Source of the DNA: an uncultured Collinsella sp.
GTDB lineage: Bacteria; Actinomycetota; Coriobacteriia; Coriobacteriales; Coriobacteriaceae
Assembly: GCA_958420355.1 (NCBI GenBank)
Contig: CATZJG010000004.1
Location: 69,972-133,971 of the forward strand
Reading direction: 5' to 3'
DNA: 64,000 bases
Under the pieces are notes generated by a model. It ran no database searches, had not been told where the DNA came from, and saw only the letters and a program-made list of their open reading frames with translations. Position numbers and translations under genes: made by a program. Position 1 is the first letter of the stretch. Each line of letters opens with the position of its first letter. Shown here in pieces: positions 53,506 to 61,690 of this stretch.

Positions 53506-53594
53506 CCCAATCAAGCGCGGTGTTCAGACCGAACTGTGCCTCCCGGTGTGAACACCGCGCTCACGCTCTCTCAATTGATCGTAAGGAGAAAAAC

Positions 53595-53972
53595 ATGAGC
53601 AAGACCGTCGTGTCTTCCGATAACGCACCCGCAGCCATCGGCCCGTATTCCCCCGGTATCCAGGCCGGCAACATGGTGTTCCTGTCCGGCCAGCTGGGCA
53701 TCGATCCCGCGACTGGCAAGATGCCCGAGGGCGTCGAGGCCCAGGCCAAGCAGTCCCTCGCCAACGTTGAGGCCCTGCTGACCGCTGCCGGCGCTACCTT
53801 TGCCGATGTCGTCAAGACCACGGTCTACCTGGCCGACATCGCCGACTTCGCTGCCGTGAACGAGATCTACGCTTCCAAGTTCGAGGCTCCGTTCCCCGCG
53901 CGCAGCGCTTTCCAGGTTGCCGCTCTTCCGGCCGGCGGTCTGGTCGAGATCGAGGTCGTCGCCGCTCTCTAA
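53595..53972 (+). CDS. ridA: RidA/YjgF family reactive-intermediate deaminase
   Basis: APAAIGPYSPGIQAGNMVFLSGQLGIDP, VKTTVYLADIADFAAVNEIY, ARSAFQVAALP. ATG 53595 is preceded by AAGGAG. Confidence 0.9.
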   Translation: MSKTVVSSDNAPAAIGPYSPGIQAGNMVFLSGQLGIDPATGKMPEGVEAQAKQSLANVEALLTAAGATFADVVKTTVYLADIADFAAVNEIYASKFEAPFPARSAFQVAALPAGGLVEIEVVAAL

Positions 53973-54003
53973 GGCGTTGGCCACAACTAAACATGACATG
54001 CAA

Positions 54004-54041
54004 AAAGACCCTGCAGCGCGTACGAGCTGCAGGGTCTTTTA
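54004..54041. terminator. strong hairpin between convergent ridA and the YheO-like gene
   Basis: AAAGACCCTGCAGC pairs with GCTGCAGGGTCTTT, then T. A-rich on the left, so it may work in both directions. Confidence 0.85.
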
Positions 54042-54084
54042 TCAAGTGACGGATCGCTTGTGGAGCCGCGCTCCATTTTGCCCG

Positions 54085-54741
54085 TTAGCCTTCCTTGCGG
54101 ACTTTTTGCAGGTAGCGGTAGACGCTGGGCTCCGAGATGCCCAGCGCGGTGGCGGCGCAGGACACGGCGCCCTTGAGCATGAACACCCCGTTGCCGTTGA
54201 GGTGGCGAATGACGTCCACGCGGTCGCTCTGACCAAGCGACGCCACATCCAGCCCGCGCGCGCTCAGCAACTCGGCAATGCTGCGGTCGATGAGCTCCTG
54301 TGTAGACTCCGAAAGACTTTCGACCTCGATAGACGCGGGCTCCGCCTGCCTTGGCACAGCGTCGAAGCAGGCCATGAGCTGCTGAGCCATGGCGTTGATG
54401 GAGCGTACCGTGGAAAGATCGGTGTTGACGCAGAGCATGCCGACGATCTCGTTATCCTCGCGGATAAAGTACGTCGCTGACTCCAACGTCTTGCCGCCGG
54501 CACCGCGCCCCTCGTAGCCCGTAATAAACGGCAGGTCGCGATACTTGGCGTCGTGCATGATCTTGAGTGCCAGATCGGTGGCGGGACCGCCGACCTTGCG
54601 GCCGCTCACGATGCCGTTGCGAATATCAACGATGGCGTGGTCGGGATCCGAGAAATCGTGCAGCACGATTTCGCTGTTTTTGCCGAGTACCTGCTCCAGA
54701 AAATCGACCATCGGCAAAAAGCGACGTACGGTCTCGTTCAC
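54085..54741 (-). CDS. YheO/DauR-like transcriptional regulator (PAS-like sensor domain plus C-terminal HTH)
   Basis: FLPMVDFLEQVLGKNSEIVLHDFSD, VGMLCVNTDLS, and the C-terminal HTH ALGISEPSVYRYLQK. I chose GTG 54741, which follows AAAGGAG. The track starts at 54792. Confidence 0.8.
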   Translation of the reverse strand: MNETVRRFLPMVDFLEQVLGKNSEIVLHDFSDPDHAIVDIRNGIVSGRKVGGPATDLALKIMHDAKYRDLPFITGYEGRGAGGKTLESATYFIREDNEIVGMLCVNTDLSTVRSINAMAQQLMACFDAVPRQAEPASIEVESLSESTQELIDRSIAELLSARGLDVASLGQSDRVDVIRHLNGNGVFMLKGAVSCAATALGISEPSVYRYLQKVRKEG

Positions 54742-55093
54742 GGGCAACTCCTTTGGGTGAAATCGGAAATGTTCATAACAATTTTTTCTCATGGTAACAC
54801 GGTGTCTATTGATTCACATATTCGCAGGTACATTGCGTAATACGGACGAGCGGTAGGAATTTGGCGGTAAACGGTCGACCAAAAGAAAAGTTAGATGCTA
54901 TTTTGACAGGACACTTTCCTGACCTGCGGAAATGCATTGTCTCAGCTCAAGAATAGTCTGATAACAAAAAATTATTATTGAGAATGAGAAAAATCTTTAA
55001 TACGATATGCAACGAAGGCACAACCTCACCCCCGCACTGCGTCACAATAGAGCGCTAGATGCGAAAACAACTACTTCGAGGATTGGTGGTCAA

Positions 55094-56488
55094 ATGGCCC
55101 AGGAGACGGTTACGAACGGCACTGAAGCCCTGTTCACTCGCGAAGGCATGCCGCCCGTTACGGAAATGATTCCGTGTGCCCTTCAGCATGTGCTGGCATC
55201 GTTTGCCGGCATCATTACCCCGGCGGTCATCATGGCCGGCGTCTACGGCTTTAATAGCCAGCAGAGCACCGACATCATTCAGGTTGCGCTCATTCTTTCG
55301 GCAATCGACACGGCCCTTCAAGCCTTCGCTCCCTTCCGTCGCATCGGCGGCGGCCTGCCCATCGTCATGGGCGTTTCGTTCGCGTTCCTGCCGGCCCTGC
55401 AGGCCATGGGTGCCTCGGGCTTTAGCTTTGGTGCGCTGCTGGGCGGCGAGATTGTCGGCGGTGCCGTCGCGGTCCTCTTTGGTCTGGCCTACAGCAAGAT
55501 TAAGTGGCTGTTCCCGCCCGTCGTGACCGGTACGGTCATCTTCTCCATCGGCGTTTCGCTGTATCCCACGGCCGTCAAGTATATGGCCGGCGGTATGGGT
55601 ACGCCGCTGTGGGGCACCCCGCAGGCCTGGTGCGTCGCTCTTATCACCTTCGCCGTGGTCTTTGCGCTCGCCAACTTTGGCAAGGGCACGCTCAAGCTGG
55701 GATCCGTGTTCTTTGGCATGATCGTTGGCATGATTGTCTCCATCCCCTTTGGCATGATCGACTTCTCCAGCGTCGCCACCGCTCAGGTCTTCGCCCTTCC
55801 CAAGCTCATGCCCTACGCACTCGAGTTTGATCCCGAGGTCTGCATTACCCTCGCCGTCGTGTTCCCCATGGTCGCCATCCAGGTTATCGGCGACGTCTCC
55901 GCTGCCTGCCTGGGCTCCATCGACCGTATGCCCACCGAGCGCGAGCTCTCCGGCGCTATCGTGTCCCAGGGCCTCACCTCTATGGTCGGCGGCCTGCTGG
56001 GCGGTCTTCCCACCAGCGCCCTTGGCCAGAACGTGGGCATCATCTGCTCCAACAAGGTCGTCAACAAGTGGGTCTTTGTGATCATCGCGGCCGTCTTTGC
56101 CATCGCCGGTCTGTTCCCGCAGCTCTCTGCCGTCCTTTCCGCTATCCCGCAGCCCGTCATCGGCGGCGCGACCGTCGGCGTCTTTGGCACCATCACCATG
56201 AACGGCGTGCGCATGTTCACCCGCGAGGGCCTCACGCAGCGCACTACCACCATCGTCGGTACCTCCGTCGTCTTTGGCCTGGGTATCTGGATGGCCAGCG
56301 GTTGCCTTGCCGGCGAGGGTATGCCCACCTGGGTTTCCACCGTCATCGGCTCCAATGCCGTAACCCCCACCGCCATCATGGCCATTGTCCTTAACCTGAT
56401 CCTTCCGCAGACGCCGGTCGTGGCCCAGCACATCGATGCTGCCAAGGACGCTGCCGTGGATCTGGTCTTGCCCGAGAGCAAGAAGTAA
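55094..56488 (+). CDS. nucleobase:cation symporter-2 (NCS2) permease, xanthine/urate/uracil type
   Basis: Polytopic, with QHVLASFAGIITPAVI, a VIGDVSA-type motif and GLPTSALGQNVGIICSNKV. The start is ATG 55094. Confidence 0.9.
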   Translation: MAQETVTNGTEALFTREGMPPVTEMIPCALQHVLASFAGIITPAVIMAGVYGFNSQQSTDIIQVALILSAIDTALQAFAPFRRIGGGLPIVMGVSFAFLPALQAMGASGFSFGALLGGEIVGGAVAVLFGLAYSKIKWLFPPVVTGTVIFSIGVSLYPTAVKYMAGGMGTPLWGTPQAWCVALITFAVVFALANFGKGTLKLGSVFFGMIVGMIVSIPFGMIDFSSVATAQVFALPKLMPYALEFDPEVCITLAVVFPMVAIQVIGDVSAACLGSIDRMPTERELSGAIVSQGLTSMVGGLLGGLPTSALGQNVGIICSNKVVNKWVFVIIAAVFAIAGLFPQLSAVLSAIPQPVIGGATVGVFGTITMNGVRMFTREGLTQRTTTIVGTSVVFGLGIWMASGCLAGEGMPTWVSTVIGSNAVTPTAIMAIVLNLILPQTPVVAQHIDAAKDAAVDLVLPESKK

Positions 56489-56504
56489 CCAATTCGGTGC
56501 TATT

Positions 56505-56536
56505 CGTCGGCGGACGCATCGCCTCGTCCGCCGACG
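56505..56536 (+). terminator. 12-bp perfect hairpin after the permease gene (no T-tract)
   Basis: CGTCGGCGGACG pairs with CGTCCGCCGACG. Confidence 0.35.
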
Positions 56537-56683
56537 TCATGCGGCGCCAAGCCGCACTTCAAAGGGTTTGTCCCTTTGGTGAAGCGTTGACGGGAGAGGG
56601 CCCGTTTCCGGTGTAGGCCGGCGCTTCGCACTCCGCCATGTCAGAGGTGTCAAACCCCGCCTCTGATGTCGAAGGGAGCATCC

Positions 56684-58039
56684 ATGCTTCTGGTCGCTAA
56701 CGGTTCCGTCTTTACCCGCAACGCTCAGACCCCGTTTATTCCAAACGGTGCGGTCGCCATTGACGGAGATACGATCGTCGAAGTGGGCCCCGAGTGCGAG
56801 CTCAAGGCCAAGTACCCGGATGCCGAGTACGTCGACGCCCAGGGCAACCTCATCATGCCCGGACTCATCAACTGCCACACCCACATCTATTCGGGTCTAG
56901 CCCGCGGCCTTGCCATCAAGGGCTGCAACCCCACCAACTTCCTGGAGAATCTTGAGCAGCAGTGGTGGAAGATCGACGACAACCTGACGCTCGACGGCAC
57001 CAAGGCCAGCGCCTATGCCACGATCTTGGACTCCATCCGCGACGGCGTCACCACGATCTTCGATCACCATGCGAGCTTCTGTGAGATCCCGGGTAGCCTC
57101 TTTACCATTAAGGACGCAGCTCAGGAGCTGGGCATGCGTTCGTGCCTGTGCTACGAGGTCTCCGATCGCCGCGGCCAGGAAAAATGCGACCAGGCCATTG
57201 CCGAGAACGCCGAATTTGCCCAGTGGGCCGCCAAGGAGCGTCGCGATAACGACAACCATATGATCGCCGCCATGTTTGGCGGACATGCCACCTTTACGCT
57301 TTCGGACGAGACCATGGATAAGATGGCCGAGGCCAACAACGGCCTGACCGGCTTCCACATCCATGTGTGCGAGGGCATGAACGACGTGTGGGATTCCCGC
57401 CTCAACCGCGGCGGCATCAGCCCCGTCGAGCGCCTGCTGCAGCACAACCTGCTGGGTCCCGACACCATGCTGGGCCACTGCATCCACGTGACGCCTGCCG
57501 AGATGGATATCGTCAAGGAGTCCGGCACCTGGCTCGTCAACAACCCCGAATCCAATATGGGCAACGCCGTGGGCTGCGCCCCCGTGCTCGAGTTCTTCCG
57601 CCGCGGCATCCCCGTGTGCATGGGCACCGACGCCTACACCCACGATATGCTCGAGAGCCTCAAGGTCTTCCTGATCATTCAGCGTCACAACGCCGCTATG
57701 CCCAACGTGGGCTGGTGCGAGGCAATGACGATGCTGTTCGAGAACAACGCCAAGATGGCCAGCAAGTACTTCGATCGCAAACTCGGTGTGCTCGAGGCCG
57801 GCGCTGCCGCCGACGTCATCGTCATGGACTACAAGCCCTTTACGCCGCTGAGCGAGGAGAACATCGACGGCCACATGCTCTTTGGCATGATGGGCAAAAA
57901 CTGCCGCACCACCATCATCAACGGCCGCGTCCTGTACAAGGATCGCGAGTTCGTTGGCATTGATGAGGACAAGATCAACGCGTGGACCATGGCTGAGTCC
58001 AAGAAGCTCTGGAGCACGCTCAACGAACGCACCTACTAA
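56684..58039 (+). CDS. ssnA: SsnA-type putative aminohydrolase (amidohydrolase superfamily)
   Basis: MPGLINCHTHIYSGLARG, EQQWWKID, IFDHHAS, FHIHVCEG, GTDAYTHDM. ATG 56684 is preceded by GAAGGGAG. Confidence 0.85.
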   Translation: MLLVANGSVFTRNAQTPFIPNGAVAIDGDTIVEVGPECELKAKYPDAEYVDAQGNLIMPGLINCHTHIYSGLARGLAIKGCNPTNFLENLEQQWWKIDDNLTLDGTKASAYATILDSIRDGVTTIFDHHASFCEIPGSLFTIKDAAQELGMRSCLCYEVSDRRGQEKCDQAIAENAEFAQWAAKERRDNDNHMIAAMFGGHATFTLSDETMDKMAEANNGLTGFHIHVCEGMNDVWDSRLNRGGISPVERLLQHNLLGPDTMLGHCIHVTPAEMDIVKESGTWLVNNPESNMGNAVGCAPVLEFFRRGIPVCMGTDAYTHDMLESLKVFLIIQRHNAAMPNVGWCEAMTMLFENNAKMASKYFDRKLGVLEAGAAADVIVMDYKPFTPLSEENIDGHMLFGMMGKNCRTTIINGRVLYKDREFVGIDEDKINAWTMAESKKLWSTLNERTY

Positions 58040-58187
58040 TTACAAGTAGATTCACGCGCGTCGGATGTTTCGCCGCGTTCGACGCGCGTATAGGCGGCCT
58101 CCGCGGGGTCGCCGGCGCTGTGCTAGCGCTACACCGTATTTGCGCCCGTCGCGCGGTCTCGCCGGGCGTTACAGAGAGGAGCTCATT

Positions 58188-61187
58188 ATGAGCGACATCA
58201 TGAGGCCGATCCCGTTTTCGCAGCTGATGAACTGGATCATCGAGGAGCACAAGACTCAGGGCGCCGTCTTTGGCGTGCGCAAGATGGTCACGACCAACCA
58301 GGAGGGCGCGCTTCCCATTTTTGACGAGCGCATCGAGACTCCGTTTGGCCCGGCCGCCGGTCCCAATACGCAGCTGGCCCAGAACATCGTGGCATCCTAC
58401 GTGGCCGGTTCCCGCTTCTTTGAGCTCAAGACCGTTCAGGTTATGGACGGCGAGGAGCTCTCCAAGTGTGTGAACAAGCCCTGCATCGTGGCGCAGGACG
58501 AGTGCTACAACTGCGAGTGGTCGACCGAGCTCGAGGTTCCGCAGGCCTTTGCCGAGTACGTGAAGGCATGGTTTGCCTGCCACCTGATCGCTCGCGAGTA
58601 CGGCCTGGGCAGCCCGGATGGTTTTGTCTTCAACATGTCCGTGGGTTATGACCTCGAGGGCATCAAGAGCCCCAAGGTCGATGCGTACATTGAGGGCATG
58701 AAGGACGCCAGCGGCTCCGAGGTTTGGAACGAGTGCCGCACGTGGGCGCTCGCTAACCTGGACAAGTTTGAGCATGTCGATGCCGCGTTTGTCGAGTCCA
58801 TCCCGGCGCGCGTCTCCAACTCCATTACCGAGTCCACGCTGCATGGCTGCCCGCCGGCGGAGATCGAGCGCATCGCGACCTATCTGATTACCGAGAAGGG
58901 TCTCAACACCTACATCAAGTGCAACCCCACGCTGCTGGGCTATGAGTTTGCCCGCCAGCGTCTGAACGAGCTGGGCTTTGACTACATCGTTTTCGATGAC
59001 ACGCACTTCCGTGAGGACCTGCAGTGGGCCGATGCCGTGCCTATGTTCGAGCGCCTGATTGCCCTGTGCGCCGAGCGCGGCCTGGAGTTTGGCGTCAAGC
59101 TGACCAACACCTTCCCCGTCGACGTGACGAGAAACGAGCTGCCCTCTACCGAGATGTACATGTCCGGCCGTTCGCTGTTCTCGCTGACCATCGAGGCCGC
59201 CCGCCGCATTACCGAGCAGTTTGACGGTAAGCTGCGCATCAGCTACTCCGGTGGTGCCACGGTCTACAACATCCGCGCCCTGTATGATGCCGGCATTTGG
59301 CCCGTCACCCTGGCGACCGACGTGCTCAAGCCCGGTGGCTACGAGCGCTTTAGCCAGATGGCCGGCGAGTTTACCGACCTGGATGGCAAGCCGTTTGCGG
59401 GCGTCTCGCTCGAGGCCGTGACCGCGATTCAGACCGACTCGCTCACCAACCCGCTCTACAAGAAGCCGCTGCGCCCGCTGCCCGACCGCAAGGTCGCCGG
59501 CAAGAGCCCGCTTTCCGACTGCTTTACCACGCCGTGCCGCACGAGCTGTCCCATCCAGCAGGATATTCCCGCCTATCTGGCGGCTGTTGACGAGGGCCGC
59601 TTCGAGGACGCGCTCAACATCATCATCGAGCGCAACGCCCTGCCGTTTATCACCGGCACCATCTGCCCGCATCCCTGCGGCCGCGCTTGCGAGCGTGCGT
59701 TCTACGAGCCCGAGGGTGCCCAGATTCGCGCCAGCAAGCTCAAGGCTGCCCGCGAGGCCATGACCGCCGTGCTGCCCAAGCTGCGCGCCCAGGCCATTGC
59801 CAACGACGGCGAGCACAACGTTGCCGTTATCGGCGGCGGCCCGGCCGGCCTGGCGACGGCGTTCTTCCTGACGCGCGCTGGCGTGCCCGTCACCATCTTC
59901 GAGGCCCGCGATTCGCTCGGCGGCGTGGTCCGTCACGTCATCCCCGAGTTCCGCATTGCGAGCGATGACATCTCCCACGATGCCGAGCTCTGCCTGGCCT
60001 TTGGTGCCAAGGTGCAGCTCAATGCCCGCGTGGAGTCCATTGACGAGCTCAAGGCCCAGGGCTTTACCGACGTGGTCGTGGCCACCGGCGCCTGGATGCC
60101 CGGCTCTGCGGGCCTGGGCGAGGATGCCGAGCTCGACGTGCTGGAGTTCCTCGAGGCCGCCAAGAGGGGCGAGAAGCTCGAGCTGGGCGAGGACGTCGTG
60201 GTCATTGGCGCCGGCAACACCGCCATGGATGCGGCTCGCGTGGCCAAGCGCCTGGCTGGCGTGAAGAACGTGCGCCTGGTGTATCGCCGCACCAAGAAGC
60301 AGATGCCCGCCGACGAGGAAGAGCTTGATCTTGCTCTTGCCGATGGTGTTGAGTTCTGCGAGCTGCTGGCCCCCAAGGCGCTTAACGGCGCCGTGCTGAC
60401 CTGCGACGTCATGGAGCTTGGCGAGCCGGATGCAAGCGGCCGTCGCAGCCCCGTCGCCACGGGCGAGACCGTCGAGCTTTCCGCCACCACGGTGATCTGC
60501 GCCGTGGGCGAGGGCATCGATGCCAGCCTGTACGATGCCGCGGGCGTTGAGCACGACCGTCGCGGCCGCCTTGCCGCCACCTCCACTGGCGTCGAGGGCG
60601 TCTGGGCTGCCGGCGACTGCCGTCGCGGTCCTGCCACCGTGGTCGAGGCTATCGCCGATGCTGCCGAGGTCGCCCGTGCCATCGCCGGTGTGGACTTTAA
60701 CAAGTACGCCGACCAGAATGCTCAGGCCGGTCGCGAGGACACCTGCTACGAGCGCAAGGGGTCGCTGTGCCGCGACAAGCGCAACTGCACCAAAACCCGC
60801 TGCCTGGGCTGCGGCTCGGTGTGCGAGGTCTGCTGCGATGTGTGCCCCAACCGCGCCAACGTTGCCATTAAGGTGCCGGGTCTCGCCAAGCATCAGGTCG
60901 TCCACGTCGACGGCATGTGCAACGAGTGCGGCAACTGCGCTGTGTTCTGCCCCTACCAGGAGGGCCGTCCCTACAAGGACAAGCTCACCCTGTTCTGGAG
61001 CGAGCAGGACATGGAGAACTCCGAGAACGAGGGCTTCCTGGCTGTGGACGAGGACCACTTTAAGGTCCGCGTCGCCGGCACGGTCCGCACCGTCTCGGTC
61101 GATGCCGTCAACACCGGCCTTCCCGAGGCCGTCCGCCTGACCATCAGGGCTGTGCGCGACAACTATCCGTATCTCCTTAAGAAATAG
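58188..61187 (+). CDS. ygfK: YgfK-like Fe-S/flavin oxidoreductase (DPD-like barrel plus glutamate-synthase-small-subunit-like NAD(P)/FAD domains)
   Basis: MSDIMRPIPFSQLMNWIIEEH N-terminus, Cys clusters (CPHPCGRACE; CLGCGSVCEVCCDVCPNRA; CNECGNCAVFCP), and dinucleotide folds VAVIGGGPAGLA and VVVIGAGNTAMD. Confidence 0.85.
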   Translation: MSDIMRPIPFSQLMNWIIEEHKTQGAVFGVRKMVTTNQEGALPIFDERIETPFGPAAGPNTQLAQNIVASYVAGSRFFELKTVQVMDGEELSKCVNKPCIVAQDECYNCEWSTELEVPQAFAEYVKAWFACHLIAREYGLGSPDGFVFNMSVGYDLEGIKSPKVDAYIEGMKDASGSEVWNECRTWALANLDKFEHVDAAFVESIPARVSNSITESTLHGCPPAEIERIATYLITEKGLNTYIKCNPTLLGYEFARQRLNELGFDYIVFDDTHFREDLQWADAVPMFERLIALCAERGLEFGVKLTNTFPVDVTRNELPSTEMYMSGRSLFSLTIEAARRITEQFDGKLRISYSGGATVYNIRALYDAGIWPVTLATDVLKPGGYERFSQMAGEFTDLDGKPFAGVSLEAVTAIQTDSLTNPLYKKPLRPLPDRKVAGKSPLSDCFTTPCRTSCPIQQDIPAYLAAVDEGRFEDALNIIIERNALPFITGTICPHPCGRACERAFYEPEGAQIRASKLKAAREAMTAVLPKLRAQAIANDGEHNVAVIGGGPAGLATAFFLTRAGVPVTIFEARDSLGGVVRHVIPEFRIASDDISHDAELCLAFGAKVQLNARVESIDELKAQGFTDVVVATGAWMPGSAGLGEDAELDVLEFLEAAKRGEKLELGEDVVVIGAGNTAMDAARVAKRLAGVKNVRLVYRRTKKQMPADEEELDLALADGVEFCELLAPKALNGAVLTCDVMELGEPDASGRRSPVATGETVELSATTVICAVGEGIDASLYDAAGVEHDRRGRLAATSTGVEGVWAAGDCRRGPATVVEAIADAAEVARAIAGVDFNKYADQNAQAGREDTCYERKGSLCRDKRNCTKTRCLGCGSVCEVCCDVCPNRANVAIKVPGLAKHQVVHVDGMCNECGNCAVFCPYQEGRPYKDKLTLFWSEQDMENSENEGFLAVDEDHFKVRVAGTVRTVSVDAVNTGLPEAVRLTIRAVRDNYPYLLKK

Positions 61188-61198
61188 GCGAGTCTCTT

Positions 61199-61678
61199 AT
61201 GGCCAAATCCATTCAACATAACGTGGCCTACGTTGCCTGCGGAAGCGGTTGCGCCTCCGCAGGCGGCGACGCCCGCTGCAGCGAAGGCTGCATTGGCTGT
61301 GGCGCCTGCGTCACGGCCTGCCCCCACGGTGCCATTGCGCTGGTCGATGGCATCGCCCGCGTGGATCGCTCAAAGTGCACGGGCTGTGGCCTGTGCGGCA
61401 TGGCGTGCCCGCAGCGCGTGATTGCCTTCGTTCCCGGCTACCAGAATATCCTGGTGCGCTGCAACAACACCGATAAGGGCGCCATCGCCCGTAAGATTTG
61501 CGATACGAGCTGCATCGGTTGCGGCATGTGCGCCAAAAAGTGCCCTGCCGGCGCTATCCGCATCGAGGACAACTGCGCCCATATCGACGGTGCGGATTGC
61601 CTGTCGTGCGGCATGTGCGCCGTCGTCTGCCCGCATGGCGCCATCCACGACCGCACCGGCATCGCCGCCGGCGTGTAG
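61199..61678 (+). CDS. ferredoxin-type protein with four 4Fe-4S cluster motifs (YgfS-like)
   Basis: CIGCGACVTACP, CTGCGLCGMACP, CIGCGMCAKKCP, CLSCGMCAVVCP. Confidence 0.85.
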   Translation: MAKSIQHNVAYVACGSGCASAGGDARCSEGCIGCGACVTACPHGAIALVDGIARVDRSKCTGCGLCGMACPQRVIAFVPGYQNILVRCNNTDKGAIARKICDTSCIGCGMCAKKCPAGAIRIEDNCAHIDGADCLSCGMCAVVCPHGAIHDRTGIAAGV

Positions 61679-61690
61679 AAGGGAATCACC

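Noticed and set aside
54842-55093. Looked for a purine (guanine/xanthine) riboswitch ahead of the NCS2 permease
   Set aside because: I could not find the conserved three-way-junction core sequences by eye. The region is mostly AT-rich promoter-like DNA. A covariance-model scan would be needed to be sure.
55055-56431. 458-aa minus-strand ORF antisense to the NCS2 permease
   Set aside because: The plus frame is a typical polytopic permease. The antisense frame is Gly/Asp/Arg-rich.
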